DNA from: an uncultured Spirochaetota bacterium
GTDB lineage: Bacteria; Spirochaetota; Spirochaetia; SZUA-6; CAVTHK01
NCBI GenBank assembly: GCA_963734495.1
Contig: CAVTHK010000003.1
Location: 96,001-160,000 of the forward strand
Length of the DNA stretch: 64,000 bases
Reading direction: 5' to 3'
The position numbers and the translations under genes were made by a program. Positions 9,077 to 21,403 of this stretch are shown here, piece by piece (within the stretch, counting starts at the first letter, position 1; every line of letters begins with the position of its first letter). The notes beneath the pieces are model-generated. The model did not search any database. It was not told the origin of the DNA and saw only the letters and a program-made list of their open reading frames with translations.

Positions 9077-11074
9077 ATGACAACTGCATCGCGTTCGCCG
9101 CCGTGCTCGCCGCCCTCTCGGCCGCGGGGCTCGGCGCGCAGCCCGCGGATGTCGAGGTGATCGTCACCGCGAGCCGCATCGAGGAGCCGGCCGCGTACGG
9201 CGGCCGCGTCGGTGAGCGTGATCACCGCCGAAGACCTCGTCGCCTCCGGCGAGCCGACGCTGGTCGACGCCCTCGAGCAAGCTCGCCGGGGTGTCGTTCC
9301 GCAGCACCACCGGAGGGCCGGCGCAGGCCGAGGTGTCGATGCGCGGCTTCGGCGACGCATCGGTCACCCGCGTGCTCGTGCTCGTCGACGGCCGCCGCGT
9401 CAACAGGCCCGACCTCGCCGGCACCAACTGGCTGCAGGTGCCGGTCGAAGACGTCGAGCGCGTGGAGGTCGTGCGCGGCCCCGCCTCCGTCCTCTACGGC
9501 GACCACGCGGTGGGCGGCGTCATCAACATCATCACGAAGAAGGGCGGCGAGAAGCTCTCCGTCACGGCGTCGGGCATGGGCGGGAGCTTCGGCTCTTCAA
9601 CCAGGAGCGCGTGGGCGTCAGCGGGCCCGTGGCCGGGGCGCGCATCGCGCTGAACGGCGAGCGCAGCTCGTCGGACGGCTACCGCGACCGGTCCGCCTGG
9701 AGCTCGCTCGGCGGCGGCGCCGACCTCGACGGGCGCCTCGGCGCGGCGTCGAGGCCTCGCTGCGCCTGGGCTACAACCAGACGGATTACCAGCTGCCCGG
9801 CGCGCTCACCAAGGCCCAGTTCGAGACGATCCCACTCAGGCGGCAGACCCGGCACCGACGACCGGCCCGCGACCGGACCTTCAACGCCGATGCCGGGTTG
9901 AGCTGTCGCGGCTGGCGAGGCAACGCTCGAGCTGCGGGGCAACGTGACGTACGCGTGGAACGCGGTGGAGAACGAACATCCTTTCGTTCTTTCGCCGTCG
10001 TTTTCCGACGTCACAATCCAGACCCTGTGGGCGACGCCGCGGGCGACGCTAGTCCGGGACGTCGACGGCAGGCCGCTCACCCTGATCGCGGGTGCCGACC
10101 TGTACGTGGGACGGCCTGAACCTGCATCGGCTACACCGACAGAAAGCCGCGACACGCGTTCCGCCGACGCGGACGTGAGCCGGGCCACCGCGGCGCGTAC
10201 GCCACGGCCTCGTACGCTGCTACTCGATCCGCTCACGGTGGAGGTCGGGGGCCGCTACGAGCTGGCGCAGGGTCGCGGCCGAGGCGTCACCTGGGCGCGC
10301 CGCTCGACGACAGCAAGGTCCTCATCGGCTGGGCCGCCAACGCCTCCCTCGTCTACCGGCCGATCGAATCTCTCCGCGCCTGGCTCAAGCTCGACCGCGT
10401 CTACCGCTACCCGGCGCTCGACGAGCAGGTGTCGTACTACAACGGCTTCGGGCCCGAACGCCTTCAACTCCGACCTCGCGCCGGAATACGGGTACGGCGC
10501 CGACGCGGGCGCGTCGGTCGCGCCTGCCTGTCGGGGTGCGCGTGTCGCTCGACGGGTACCTCCTCGACATGAACGACGAGATCGCGTTCAACGGCCGACG
10601 GAGCGAGCGAACGAGAACCTCGACGGCAAGACCCGCCACCTCGGCGGCACAGCCGAGGCGTCGTGGGGCGCCGGCCCGGTGACGCGTCAGCGGCTCCTAC
10701 TACCGGCCAGCTCACGACGTTCCGCGCAGGGGCGAACGACGGCAACCAGGTGCCCGCTCGTCCCCAACCACACGGTGAGCGGCGAGGCGACGCGTCAGGT
10801 TGCCCTTCGGCGCTGGCCGCCGCGGCCACGGGCCGCTACGTCGGCGAGAGCTTCCAGGGCGGCGACAACGCCAACACGCAGGACAAGGTCCCCGCGATAT
10901 TTCGTGCTCGGCGCCTCGGTAACCTGGACGCCCTCCTTCGTGCCCGGGAGGCTGGAGCTCTTCGCGGGCGTCGAGAACCTGCTCGACGAGCGGTACGTGT
11001 CGTACATCTACTACGACGGCTACTACCCCGCGCCGGGACGCAGCTGGCGCGTGGGCGGCTTCTACCGGTACTGA
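9077..11074 (+). CDS. TonB-dependent receptor, BtuB-like (multiple frameshifts)
   Basis: Signal peptide, TonB box EVIVTASR, plug (MRGFG, VLVLVDGRR, VERVEVVRGPASVLYG..AVGGVINIITK), C-terminal GVENLLDERY..PGRSWRVGGFYRY; downstream of a B12 riboswitch. Confidence 0.9.
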
Positions 11075-11083
11075 GGCGACGGG

Positions 11084-11708
11084 ATGGTGAACGAAGGCGC
11101 GGTGTGGGGCGGTCGCTGCTCGCGGCTGCGGCGCTTCACGCGGCGGTCGTCGCCGGCGGCAGCCTGCTGCCGCCCGCGGCACGCGCCGCCGCGCCGGCGC
11201 CGCGGCCGGTAGCGGTCGAGGTCGCGGTCGAGCTGCCGCCGCGCGGCGCCCCGCCTGCTGCGGCCGCACCGGCGCCGGCGTCCGGAGGCCGCCGCGCGCG
11301 CCGTCGCCGCCGGCGCGCCGGCGGCGCGAGCGCGCCGCGCCAGTCGCCGCGCCGGCGCCGGAACCCGCGGCTGCCGGCGGCGGCGCCGCTGTCGCGGCGG
11401 ATGCCGCGTCCGCGGCTGCGGCGCAGCTGGCGGTCGTCTTTACCAGGCCGCGGCCGCTGCGCGATCCCGCGCCCGCCTACCCGGCGAGCGCGCGCCGGCG
11501 CGGCGAGCAGGGCACGGTGCGCTGCCTGGTGCGGATCGACGCCGCGGGGCGGGTCGAGCAGGCCACGGTGATTTCTTCCAGCGGATCGAACGCGCTCGAC
11601 CGGGCGGCGGTCGACGCGGTGGCGGCGACCGCCTACGCGCCGGCGCGCGCCGGCAGCCGCGCCGTGAGCGGCGAGCTGGTCGTGGCCGTGCGCTTCGTGC
11701 TGCGGTAG
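11084..11708 (+). CDS. tonB: Energy transducer TonB (frameshifted)
   Basis: N-terminal SLLAAAALH anchor, Pro/Ala linker, C-terminal PAYPASARRRGEQGTV..IDAAGRV..SSSG..LDRAA. Confidence 0.85.
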
Positions 11709-11734
11709 CGCCGCGCCGCGGGGCGCGGGCGCCG

Positions 11735-14701
11735 CTACGCGGGCTTGCGGACCACCGCGTGCCCCTTGCGGCCGTCGATGATCGCCTCGAGCGGCCGCTC
11801 GAGGCGCAGGTGAACCCAGCCGCTGGTCCCGCTCGCGGTCGCCCCCCTCGCCGCGGGCGTCTGCGCGAGCAGCCAGTCCCAGTCGACGAAGCTCGCATCC
11901 GATCCCCACGGCACGCTCAGGTAGCCGACGCTCATGGCGATGATCTGGTTCAGGAAGTGCGACCCGAACGAGGGGTCCACGCGGAAATCGACGAGCTCCA
12001 CCTCGACGAGGACCTTCACCTGTGAGATGTCCTCCCACGCAACTGGGATGCCGAGGCTCGGGTCGCGGCTGCCCCAGCGGCCGGGCGCGATGATGATGCA
12101 CGGCCGCCGCTCGGCCGGCTAGGGCGCGGTTGATCTCCGCCAGCTCGCGGGCCATCTCGGCGGAGCGCCGCGATTCGAGACGGCGCGGAGTCGCGAAGAC
12201 CACGTCGAACAGACCGCCGATCCGGCCGTTGCCGCAGGCCCGCTCGGACCGCATGAGCCACTGCGGCCGGTCTGCCGCGGGCAGGTCGGCGCTCCCGGCC
12301 TCCATCCCGCCGATCGATCTGGCCGCCAGCACGGAGAGCCGTGGCTGCGCGCCGCCCTCCATGGCGAACTCGATCTCCACCGGCGCTCCCGTGGCGGTCC
12401 TGAGGACGTCGAGCAGGCCCTCGAGCGCGGGCGCGAGGGGAAGGGCGTCGTACTTGAGGATCGGGGCAAAGTTCACCACGCGCGGCCCGGGCACGGGGTC
12501 GCCGGGCTCCATTCTCCCGTTGGCGGCGTCCCAGGTGGACACGCAAAGCCGCAGCGCAGCGCCGTCCGCGTCTGCGATGGGCACCCGCCTCAGGGCGCTG
12601 CCGCCCGCGGGGCGCCGGGCGGCCAGGTCCAGGGCGAAGAGCTCGGTCTGTCCGTCGGCGAGCTGCTGGTCGGGTGAGAGCCGGTCGGCCCCGGGAGCGC
12701 GCGGCGAGAATCGGAACGCGGGGCCGCCGTCAGAGACATACGCGCCCAGGCCGACCCACAGCGACGCAGCCCCGTCCTCCTGCCGGAAACCGGCGGGCGG
12801 ATAGTAGTCGTGCGAGGCCGCGACGCCGGAGAGCATCGGGTACCAGAGGCCCCCGTGTTCGCTGCCCACGACCTCCTGGAGCACGACGGCGATCTTCTCC
12901 TCTTCGCTCTTGGCGGCGACCGCGTCAAAGGCCTGCCGCCGCGCGGTCCGAGAGCACCGCCGCGAAGGCGAGCTTGACCGCCCGCTCGAGCTCCTCGAGC
13001 CGGGAGCCGACGCCGCGCCCCGTTGTTCGCGAGCAGCCGGGTCTCGTAGACCCCGGCAAAGGGCTGCGCGGCCGAGTCCTCGAACAGGCCCGTGGCCCGG
13101 ACCGAAAGGGGCCGCGCAGTGCGCTCGAGGTAGCGGCGCAGCCTGTCCCTCAATCCTTCGGACAGCGATCCCGCGAGAAAGCGCTCCTCCACCGAATGTC
13201 GCTGCGCGCGGCCGTCGAAGAGGTCGGCCAGACCGTTGGAGGCCACGAAGCGGGCGAACTCCTCGGTGCCGATGACCGCGGTCGGAGGCACGCAGACGCT
13301 CATCCCTTCGACGAGGGCGCCGAGCCGGCAATCCTCGATCAGCATGTGGACAAAGGCGATCGCCCGCCCCCTGCCGCCGAGCGACCCGGGCGCGAGCCGG
13401 AGCACGACGGGCCGGCCGTCGAGCAGCGCCTGGTCGAACGGGAGCACCTCACCCCGCGTCTTGTCCGCCTGCACGGCGGCGAACACCCCGATCAGGCGCT
13501 GCCTCATTTCGGCCGTTGCGCGGAAATCGCTCACGCGGATGGGCTGGATCTCGCGCGCGATGCGGATCTCGCCCCGGGCCATGAGCCACGCAGAGAAGTG
13601 GTTGCGCTCGGCGTGGTAGACGAGCGACTCGTCGGGCACCCGCGGCAGCAGCGCGCGGAGCTCGTCGAGCGTCCTCGCGCGGCCGATCGGCAGCCCCTCG
13701 CGGTCGCGGAACACGAAGTCGCCGAAGCCCAGCCGCTCGAAGACGAAGGCGGTGAGGCCGGCAGTGAGGTTATCCGCGTTCTTGTCGAGGAAGTCCGCGT
13801 TCAGGGCGCGCGCCGTCGCGGCGTGGCCGCGCTCGGACGACTGCACCAGGATCGGCAGATCGGGCAGCATCCCGCGGACCGCCTCGATCAGGCGCACGCC
13901 GGCCCGCTCGTCGAGCGCGCCCCCGCGGGCGAAGGCCACGTCCGAGATCAGGCAGAGGAGGTGGTCCTTGTGCTCCCCGACGATCGCCAGGGCTTCCTCG
14001 TAGGACCGCGCGAGCAGCACCTTGGGGCGGGCCCGCATCCTCAGGAGCTTCTTCGCCTCGTTGAGCCGCTCCTCGGCGATCAGCGCCTGGGTCTGCTTCA
14101 TGATCTCGGAGTAGAGAAGGGGAAGGTAGCGCGAGGCGTAGCGGATGGAATCCTCGACCAGCAGGATGACGCGCACGAGGCCGATGGCGGCGTCCGTCGC
14201 GACGTTGGCCCGGTCCTCGACGAGCTTGATCATCGCCAGGAAGATCTTGGCGTCGCCGTTCCACACGAAGACGCCGTCCAGCAGGCCGGGCTCCGGGCGG
14301 CCGGCAGCGAAGGGGATCTCAGAGCTTCCCCGCAGCAGCAGAAGGATCGGCAGCGCGGGGTGCGAGGCGCGGATGCGGCGCGCGAGATCGAGGGGGGCGC
14401 TCTCGTCGATCCGCGTGGTGAGGATGACCATGTCGAACGAGCGGCGCGTCAGCGCCTCCATGGCCTCGCCGCCGGAAGCGGCGCCGGTGATGCGGGGAGC
14501 GCTCGAGAGGCTGAGCTCGTGGTACTCTCCGAAGATCTGCTCGGCGAGCCGGTCCTCCTCCTCGAGGACGAAGGCGTCGTACACGGTCGCGACCAGCAGG
14601 ATCTCGCGGACGCGGAAGGCCATGAGGTCGTGGTAGACGTCGTTGTCGGTCTTGTGACGGCGCAGGCTTTCCGAAAGCAATTCGAGCGGCCGCTGCCTCA
14701 T
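11735..14701 (-). CDS. Receiver-like-domain-modulated PEP/pyruvate-binding (PPDK_N) protein (frameshifted)
   Basis: REILLVATVYDAF, VILLVEDSIRY, MRARPKVLLA, GFGDFVFRD, NHFSAWLMARGE, FEDS..QPFAGVYET, PGRWGSRDP.LG, DPSFGSHF. Confidence 0.85.
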
Positions 14702-14796
14702 CGATACCAGGATAGCCAGGACGCCCGGCCGCGGGCAATCCGCCGGCCGCGCCGCTCTCCTTGCCGCCGCGCGTCCGTTTCGGCTAAGCTCGGCGC

Positions 14797-15449
14797 GTGA
14801 CGATCGTCGAGCAGCTCGCGCGCATCGATTTTCTCAAGGGAATCAGCCCGCAGAGCCTGGCTGCCCTCGCTGAGATCTGCGTCCCCAAGCGCGCGAGGAA
14901 GCGGCAGATCCTCTTTCTCGAGGGCCAGGAGGCTCATTCGATGTACCTCCTGATCCAGGGCGCGGTGCAGCTGTACCGCGACACGAGCGACGGCCGCGAG
15001 ATCGTCATCAGGACCATCCAGCCGGGGGAGACCTTCGCGGAGGCGATCCTCTTCGAGCACGACAGCTTCCCGGTGAGCGCCGTGACGCTCGAGCCGAGCT
15101 TCCTCCTGCTGCTGCCGCGAAGGCAGGTCTCGTGCCTTCTCGACAACCCCAGGTTCCGCGACAACTTTGTCGGGATGCTGATGTAGAAGCTGCGCTACCT
15201 CTCCGACCGCATCGTGTACCTCACGGCGCAGGACGTGGAGGGCCGCTTCCGCGGCTTTCTCGAGACGACCTACGGCCGGCGCGACGACCTACAGCCTGCC
15301 CATCTCGAAGAAGGACATCGCCGCGGAGATCGGCACGAACCCGGAGACGCTGTCGCGGCTGTTCGCGCGCCTGCGCCTGCGAGGGGACGCTCGAGGCGCG
15401 CGGCCGGACGCTGCGGGTCAGGCCGGGCTTCTGGAAGGGCTCGGAGTAG
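14797..15449 (+). CDS. Crp/Fnr-family regulator (in-frame TAG at 15184 and downstream frameshifts)
   Basis: cNMP-binding domain (LFLEG, GAVQLYR..DGREI, PGETFAE); HTH DIAAEIGTNPETLSRL in a shifted frame. Confidence 0.85.
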
Positions 15450-15525
15450 AGGTCGCGGACCCGGCGCCCGGGTCAGGGGCGACGGGGGCCGCCGGCTCGC
15501 GCCCGCGGCCCCTCGGGCCGCGCGA

Positions 15526-16354
15526 TCAGTTCGGGCCCTGCACCGCGACGGGGATGACGATCCAGCCGTAAGGCGACTTGCACTCGATCGTGCCGCCCAC
15601 GGCGAACCTCAGGTTCTGCGCCGGTGAGCGCGCTCAGCGCCATGCTCAGGGTCTTGCCCGGCCTGTTCTCCATCCGCAGCGTCACGGTCCCCGTGCCGTT
15701 CGGGCGGATCTCGGTCGAGTCCTCGCTGTGGAGCATGCGTGTAGCGCTGCTGGTTGATGTCGAGGTAGTGTCTCACCGAGTCGATCGTGAGCGGGAACGC
15801 GTTCGTGTTCCGGACCCAGATGCGGACGCGGAACACGTCGCTCACCGGCGTGCCGTCGACCCCGGCAAAGGCCACCTCGGGGATCTTGGGAAGCGGGATG
15901 CGTGACCTCGTCGCCGGAACTGCATCGGGTCCCCACCCCGAGTCCGAGGCCGGGAAGACGGTCCCGCGGAAGGCGACCCTCATGGCGCCTTCGGCCAGGA
16001 TGCCGATCGACTGGTCGAGGATGTCCTTCATCGCGATCTGGAAGGGAAAGGTCACGGTCTGATTCCCGCCGCCTTTCGTGCGCTTCATATCGGCGAACGT
16101 GTCCGTGAACAGCGGCTTGTCCTGGAGGTCGACCCCGTAGTCGACGCGTTCGGAAGCTCGAGGTTGCTCGATGAGCGGTTCTGGATCACGATCTTCGCCT
16201 CGAACTTGACCAGCGTCGGGCTGAATGACCGTCGAGGCGAGGCGGCTCACGCGCACGGTCGGCGGCTCCGATGACCGCGGGCCCCTGGCTCGCGCAGCCC
16301 GCGATCAGCCACAGCGCCGCGAGCGGCGCGGCTGATTCTCGCAAGTCTCCGCAT
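15526..16354 (-). CDS. LEA_2/WHy-domain lipoprotein (frameshifted)
   Basis: GGAGGAG RBS, lipobox LIAGC, VRNTNAFPLTI motif. Confidence 0.65.
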
Positions 16355-16369
16355 GGCGCTCCTCCGCTA

Positions 16370-17774
16370 CTAGATCATCGGCATCTTTGCGGCCGCGGCG
16401 CCGGGCCGGCCCCGGCAGCCGGCCGAGAGCTTCGGGATCATGTCGCCGTGCGCCTCGATGAGGTCGTCGCAGAGGCTGCGGATCTCGTCGAGGCGTGAGC
16501 TCCGCGGCGGTGTGCGGGTCGAGCATCGCGGCCTGGTAGACCTTGTCCCGCTTGCGCGTGAGCGCGGCCTCGATCGTGAGGAGCTGCACGTTGATGTTGG
16601 TGCGGTTGAGCGCGGCGCACTGCTCGGGCAGGTCGCCGACGTAGCAGCCCTGCACGCCGTTGCGGTCGACGAGGCAGGGCACCTCGACGCACGCCGTTCT
16701 CCGGCAGGTTGGTGATCAGGCCGCGGTTGAGCGACGTTGCCGTCGATCCGCGCGGGCCGGCCCGTCAGGATCGCCTCCATGATGTAGGAGCCGTACTCGT
16801 GCGTGCGCGTGTGCGACAGGTCGCGGGTTGGTCGACGAGCGTCTTGCTCTGCTTCTTCCACCGCTCGATCTGGCGGATGCAGCGGCGCGGGTACTCGTCG
16901 AGCGGGATGGCGAACTCCTCGATCAGCTCGCGGGTGAGTGCGCTTGATCCAGTAGGGCATGTACTCGGCGCTGTGCTCCGAGCTCTCGGTGACGTAGTAG
17001 CCGAAGTGCCGCATGATCTCCAGGCGCACCATGTCGCTTGTGCTTGGCCGCGCCCGCCTGCGCGCGCCTTCGCGTTGAGCTCCGCGGCCCGCGCGCTTGA
17101 TCTCGGGGTAGAGGTCTCTGCCGTTCTCGCTGATCTCGAGCAGCCAGGCCATGTGGTTGATGCCGGCGATCTGTCCACTTGAGGTCGTCCGCGTTCTGGC
17201 AGCATGCCGAGCAGCTCGAGCAGCCTCGGCGACGCACGACTGCACCGAGTGGCAGAGGCCGACGGTGCGGATCGGCGTGGCGAGCGAGCAGCGCGCCGGT
17301 GATCATCGCCATCGGGTTGACGTAGTTCAGGAACCAGGCGCTCCGGGCAGACCTCTTCCATGTCGCGGGCGAAGTCGAGCACGACGGGGATCGTGCGCAG
17401 GGCGCGGAAGATGCCGCCGATGCCGAGCGTGTCGGCGATGGTCTGGCGCAGGCCGTACTTCTTCGGGCACCTCGAAGTCGATGACGGTGGCCGGCTCGTA
17501 GCCGCCCACCTGGATGGCGTTGACGACGAAGTCGGCCCCGCGCAGCGCGGCCTTGCGGTTCTCGACGCCCAGGTGCGTCGTGATCGCGGGCGCGGCCTAG
17601 TTGATGTTGGCGTTCAGCGTGTCGAGCACGATCCTTCGACTCCTCGAGGCGCGTGCCGTCGATGTCGTAGAGCGCGATCTCTGCGTCGTGGAGGGCGGGC
17701 GAGAGCATGGAGTCGCCCAGGATGTTCCTGGCAAACACCGTGCTTCCCGCGCCCATGAAGGCGATTCTGGCCAT
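16370..17774 (-). CDS. melA: Alpha-galactosidase, GH4 (frameshifted)
   Basis: [69 protein letters not shown]. Confidence 0.9.
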
Positions 17775-17890
17775 CAGGTCTCCTGCCTGGCCGGGCCGCC
17801 CGGCGGCTCGCGGGTCGCCGTGCCGGGCGCGTCAATCTGCACCGGGGGCGGCGCCGGCTGTGGCAATGCGACGGCGGGCGGCGGCCGGCC

Positions 17891-18417
17891 TCACGCCGCG
17901 CCTCCCGCCGGTCGAGGTAGCGGGCCACGAACTGCTCCTGCTCCGAGGTCTCCAGCGCGGAGCGGATGCGGCGGACGCGCGCGGATCGCGGACGCGGCGT
18001 CGAGGTCGACGGTAGCGGCCCATCACGCAGGCAGAGGACCAGCCCGGTCCGCCCGACGCCCGCGAAGCAGTGGACGCAGACCGGCAAGCCGGCTCTCATG
18101 CGCGCGATGATGCCCTCGATGAGAAGGTCGAAGGAAGGCAGGTCCGCGGGGACGCTGAAGTTCTCGATGGGGTGAGAGACCCACTCGATGCCCAGCTTCC
18201 GGCAGAAGCGGGGGAGGTCGGCTGGCACCTCGAGCAGCGACACGAGCGCGCGGACGCCGCGGTCGTGGAGATCGGCCAGGTCCGCGCGCAGCGTCCCGCC
18301 CTGCCCCAGCCAGCCGCTGCCCGGCAGTGCGGCGCCCGCGAGGAGCCCTTCGACGACCCAGGAGAAGTTGCCGGTCACCGCGCGGGCGTCCTGCCGCGGC
18401 CCGGGCGGCGCGCTCAA
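17891..18417 (-). CDS. Dual-specificity protein phosphatase
   Basis: NFSWVV, PIENFSVP, VHCFAGVGRTG, ETSEQEQFV. 3' end approximate. Confidence 0.85.
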
Positions 18418-19035
18418 GCGCGGAAGCCCTTGAGATACGGGATGCGCGCGGCGGTCCGCTTGATCGCCTCCGCGTTGGCGAGGAGCGTCGCCGTGCTGTC
18501 CCAGGTGCCGTCGACGAGCACCTTGCGGCCCGCCTCCGGCATGTCGAGCGGGATCTGGTACCCGCCGGCCTCGACCACCTTCTTCTCAAGATCGATCCGG
18601 ATCTCCGTCCCGGGCTTCTCCTCGACCAGGTGCATCAGCATCTCGGCTTCCTGCGCTGGCTCACGCGGACCGTCGGAATGCCGAGGGCGCTGCAGTTGCC
18701 CGCGAAGATCTCGGCGAACGACTCGCCGATGATCGCCTTGATGCCGAAGCGCATGAGCGCCTGCGGCGCGTGCTCGCGCGAGGAGCCGCAGCCGAAGTTG
18801 CTGCCGACGATCAGGACGCTCGCGCCGCTGTAGCGGGGGTCGTTGAAGGGGTGGTCCTTCTTGTTGCCCTCCTGGTCGAAGCGCACGTCGTTAAAGGCGT
18901 ACTTGCCGAGCCCCTCGAACGTCACCGCCTTCATGTAGCGGGCGGGGATGATGCGGTCGGTGTCGATGTCCGCGCCGGGAACGGGAATGCCCGCGCGCCC
19001 TTGATCGCGCCCCTGCTCGCAGTGCTTTCGGCCAT
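18414..19035 (-). CDS. leuD: 3-isopropylmalate dehydratase small subunit (frameshifted)
   Basis: [34 protein letters not shown]. Confidence 0.95.
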
Positions 19036-19039
19036 GTTC

Positions 19040-20455
<1,416 letters not shown>

Positions 20456-20511
20456 GGTTCACAAAACGATAGCGGGAACACGGATCGGCCGTCAACCTGC
20501 CCGCCTTGCCT

Positions 20512-20858
20512 GCCCGCCCGGTCGGGCGGGGACGGGATCACGGAGGATTTCGGGCTGCTTGCGGCCGCCCTGCTGGGCACCGGATTCCTCGTGGCCCGCG
20601 GCCGAAAGACGGCCGCCTCGTCCGACGCGCGGAAAGCCGCCAGAAAGTCGCCGATATCCCCGACTTCGTAGTCATCGATGCCGCGCCGCGGGTCGAGCTG
20701 CCCGAGCTGACGTCGCTGGCGCGCCTGGAGCACGATCTCGAGGCCGAGACCGTCGTGCTCCAGGCGGGCGCTTCCTGTCGCGTCCAGGAGCCTGTCGGAC
20801 TTGCGGCTGACCGCCGTTCCCGCCGCTTCCGCGGGTCTGGGCACGGCGGACCGTGCCC
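20512..20858. other. Highly structured intergenic segment (candidate ncRNA or palindromic element)
   Basis: Perfect 14-bp inverted repeat 20722-20735/20753-20766 plus several more stems; no credible protein. Confidence 0.45.
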
Positions 20859-20861
20859 GAT

Positions 20862-21366
20862 CTAGAACGTGCTCACCGGGCCGGGCATGATCAGGACCTT
20901 GCCCGTGCGCACCATCTCCATGACCCCGAACGACCCGAACACGGTGTGGACGTTGTCGAGCTTGGTCGTCTCTCCGGTCACCTGGAGCGTGACCGTGTCC
21001 TCGGTGAGGTCGATCGTCTCGCACTCGAACACGTGGGCCATCTGCAGCACTTCGGCCCTCTTGTCGGAGGGGCACTTGATCTTGACCAGGGCCATCTCCC
21101 GCTCGATGACCGTGTCCTCGGTGTGGTCCTTGGCGTGGACCACGTCCACCAGCTTGTTGAGCTGCTTGAGGATCTGGTCGAGCGTCTTGCGGTCGCCGGT
21201 GGCCGAGATCGTCATGTGCGAGAAGGAGGGGTCGTGCCCCCCGGAGACCACCAGGCTGTCGATGTTGTAGCCCCGGCGCGCGAACACCAGCGCGATGCGG
21301 ATGAGAACGCCCGGGCTTGTTCGCGACATACAGGCTGATCGTGTGCTTGTCGTCGTTCTTCGCCAT
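20862..21366 (-). CDS. ilvN: Acetolactate synthase small subunit (frameshifted)
   Basis: HTISLYVANKPGVL, FARRGYNIDSL, KQLNKLVDV, EREMALVK, EMVRTG. Confidence 0.95.
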
Positions 21367-21403
21367 CTTTTCCTCCATCGGAGCGGCGTCTGCCGCGCCC
21401 CGG

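Noticed and set aside
17580-17610. In-frame TAG in melA suggesting pyrrolysine recoding
   Set aside because: It can be explained by two compensating indels in a heavily error-prone gene, and no pyl genes are in the window.
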